Assembly (NCBI RefSeq): GCF_036365525.1
Contig: NC_090395.1
Location: 65,373,326-65,437,325, forward strand
DNA from: Heterodontus francisci
Lineage: Eukaryota
Length of the DNA stretch: 64,000 nt
Direction: 5' to 3'
This document shows positions 63,220-64,000 of this stretch, in pieces. A program made the translations under genes and the position numbers. The notes under the pieces were generated by a model. That model ran no database searches. It was not told the origin of the DNA and was given only the letters and a program-made list of their open reading frames with translations. Position 1 is the stretch's first letter, and every line of letters begins with the position of its first letter.

Positions 63220-63316
63220 TTTTTCACTTCACTCAGCTTTACTGAGCAACGTGACTGAAAGCGAAACAATAATATTCCAGATTCTGGTTTTCATCTGTTC
63301 AAGTTGACAGGAAGTA
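63220..63316 (-). promoter_or_regulatory. Putative gene A promoter with IRF/ISRE and ETS sites
   Basis: GAAAGCGAAAC at 63257-63267 and CAGGAAGT at 63308-63315 (both read on +), plus GAAGTGAAAA (minus) at 63221-63230, all within 150 bp upstream of the ATG. Motif match only. Confidence 0.45.
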
Positions 63317-64000
63317 TATTTTAAGGAATGGGGAGGGACTAATGACAAATGAATTATTTTGGTCTTTATTAAACTTTTTAATGGATTTTTTTTGGCTGTT
63401 TCTGCAAGTCTGGCAGAACAAAAGCTATTAGTATGAGTCCGATTTTGGAGGGTTTTCTCAAACAAAGCTGTGTTTAATATCCAAATATCAATGGAAGGTC
63501 AAATTTTATTTTTTGATCGCTGGCTGGATGGCTACCATAGATAATCTGGACACTTGAATTAGAAGAATGAATCATTACATTAAATAAAGTAGATTTAAAA
63601 AAAAGTGTTTTACTTGATGTAGTAGCTCCCTCTTGATCACTGCCCTCCTCCCCCATACCCGAAGACCCCCCCTGAAGGCTGCCACCAGAATTATAGCAGC
63701 TGGGCATTCTTCCGGCCTTTGCCAGTGAGTTGCCAAGTTACACGCAATAAACATCTGCAGCTTGCTGGTCTTATTAAAATGAGGCTCTCGGCCCAATATC
63801 AATCGAACTGTGGACCTAGCTATTCCGGCACAGCGATTGACAGATCCTGTCAATAGGTCATGTGAACCACTTTGTACTCTAAAGTACTTTGGTTTCTAAA
63901 CTGTCCTGGGAGGAAGTACCCAAGTTTCTGTTGCCATCTATTGCTTTTTGAACTTTATTCCCATCACACTGGAGCCTAGCTTTCAAATGAACTTTAATAA

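Overview
Eukaryotic genomic DNA, most likely from a cartilaginous fish (inferred from the repeat content: HE1/V-SINE-like and Deu-type SINEs, esterase-type CR1 LINEs and Penelope elements). Much of the window is interspersed repeats. The ORF track shows only pieces of the main content, which is a tandem minus-strand cluster of CD300/pIgR/TREM-like (CMRF35-like) single-IgV receptor genes that I rebuilt by hand from GT-AG exons with matching phases. Gene A (63165->47824, 4 coding exons, 174 aa) is activating-type, with an Arg in the transmembrane helix and almost no tail. Gene B (30986->11339, 6 coding exons, 253 aa) is inhibitory-type, with an uncharged TM, an ITIM (VTYATV) and an ITSM (TEYSTV). 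The leader exon of a third paralogue, gene C (3836->3788), runs off the left edge. Together they form a paired activating/inhibitory immune receptor locus. Other content: a full-length CR1 (intact ORF1, disabled ORF2), a 5'-truncated Penelope with a GIY-YIG domain and a hammerhead motif, solo LTRs, hAT and Harbinger-type MITEs, a Harbinger Myb/SANT relic, and RTE, Vingi and L2 fragments. No database searches were run.
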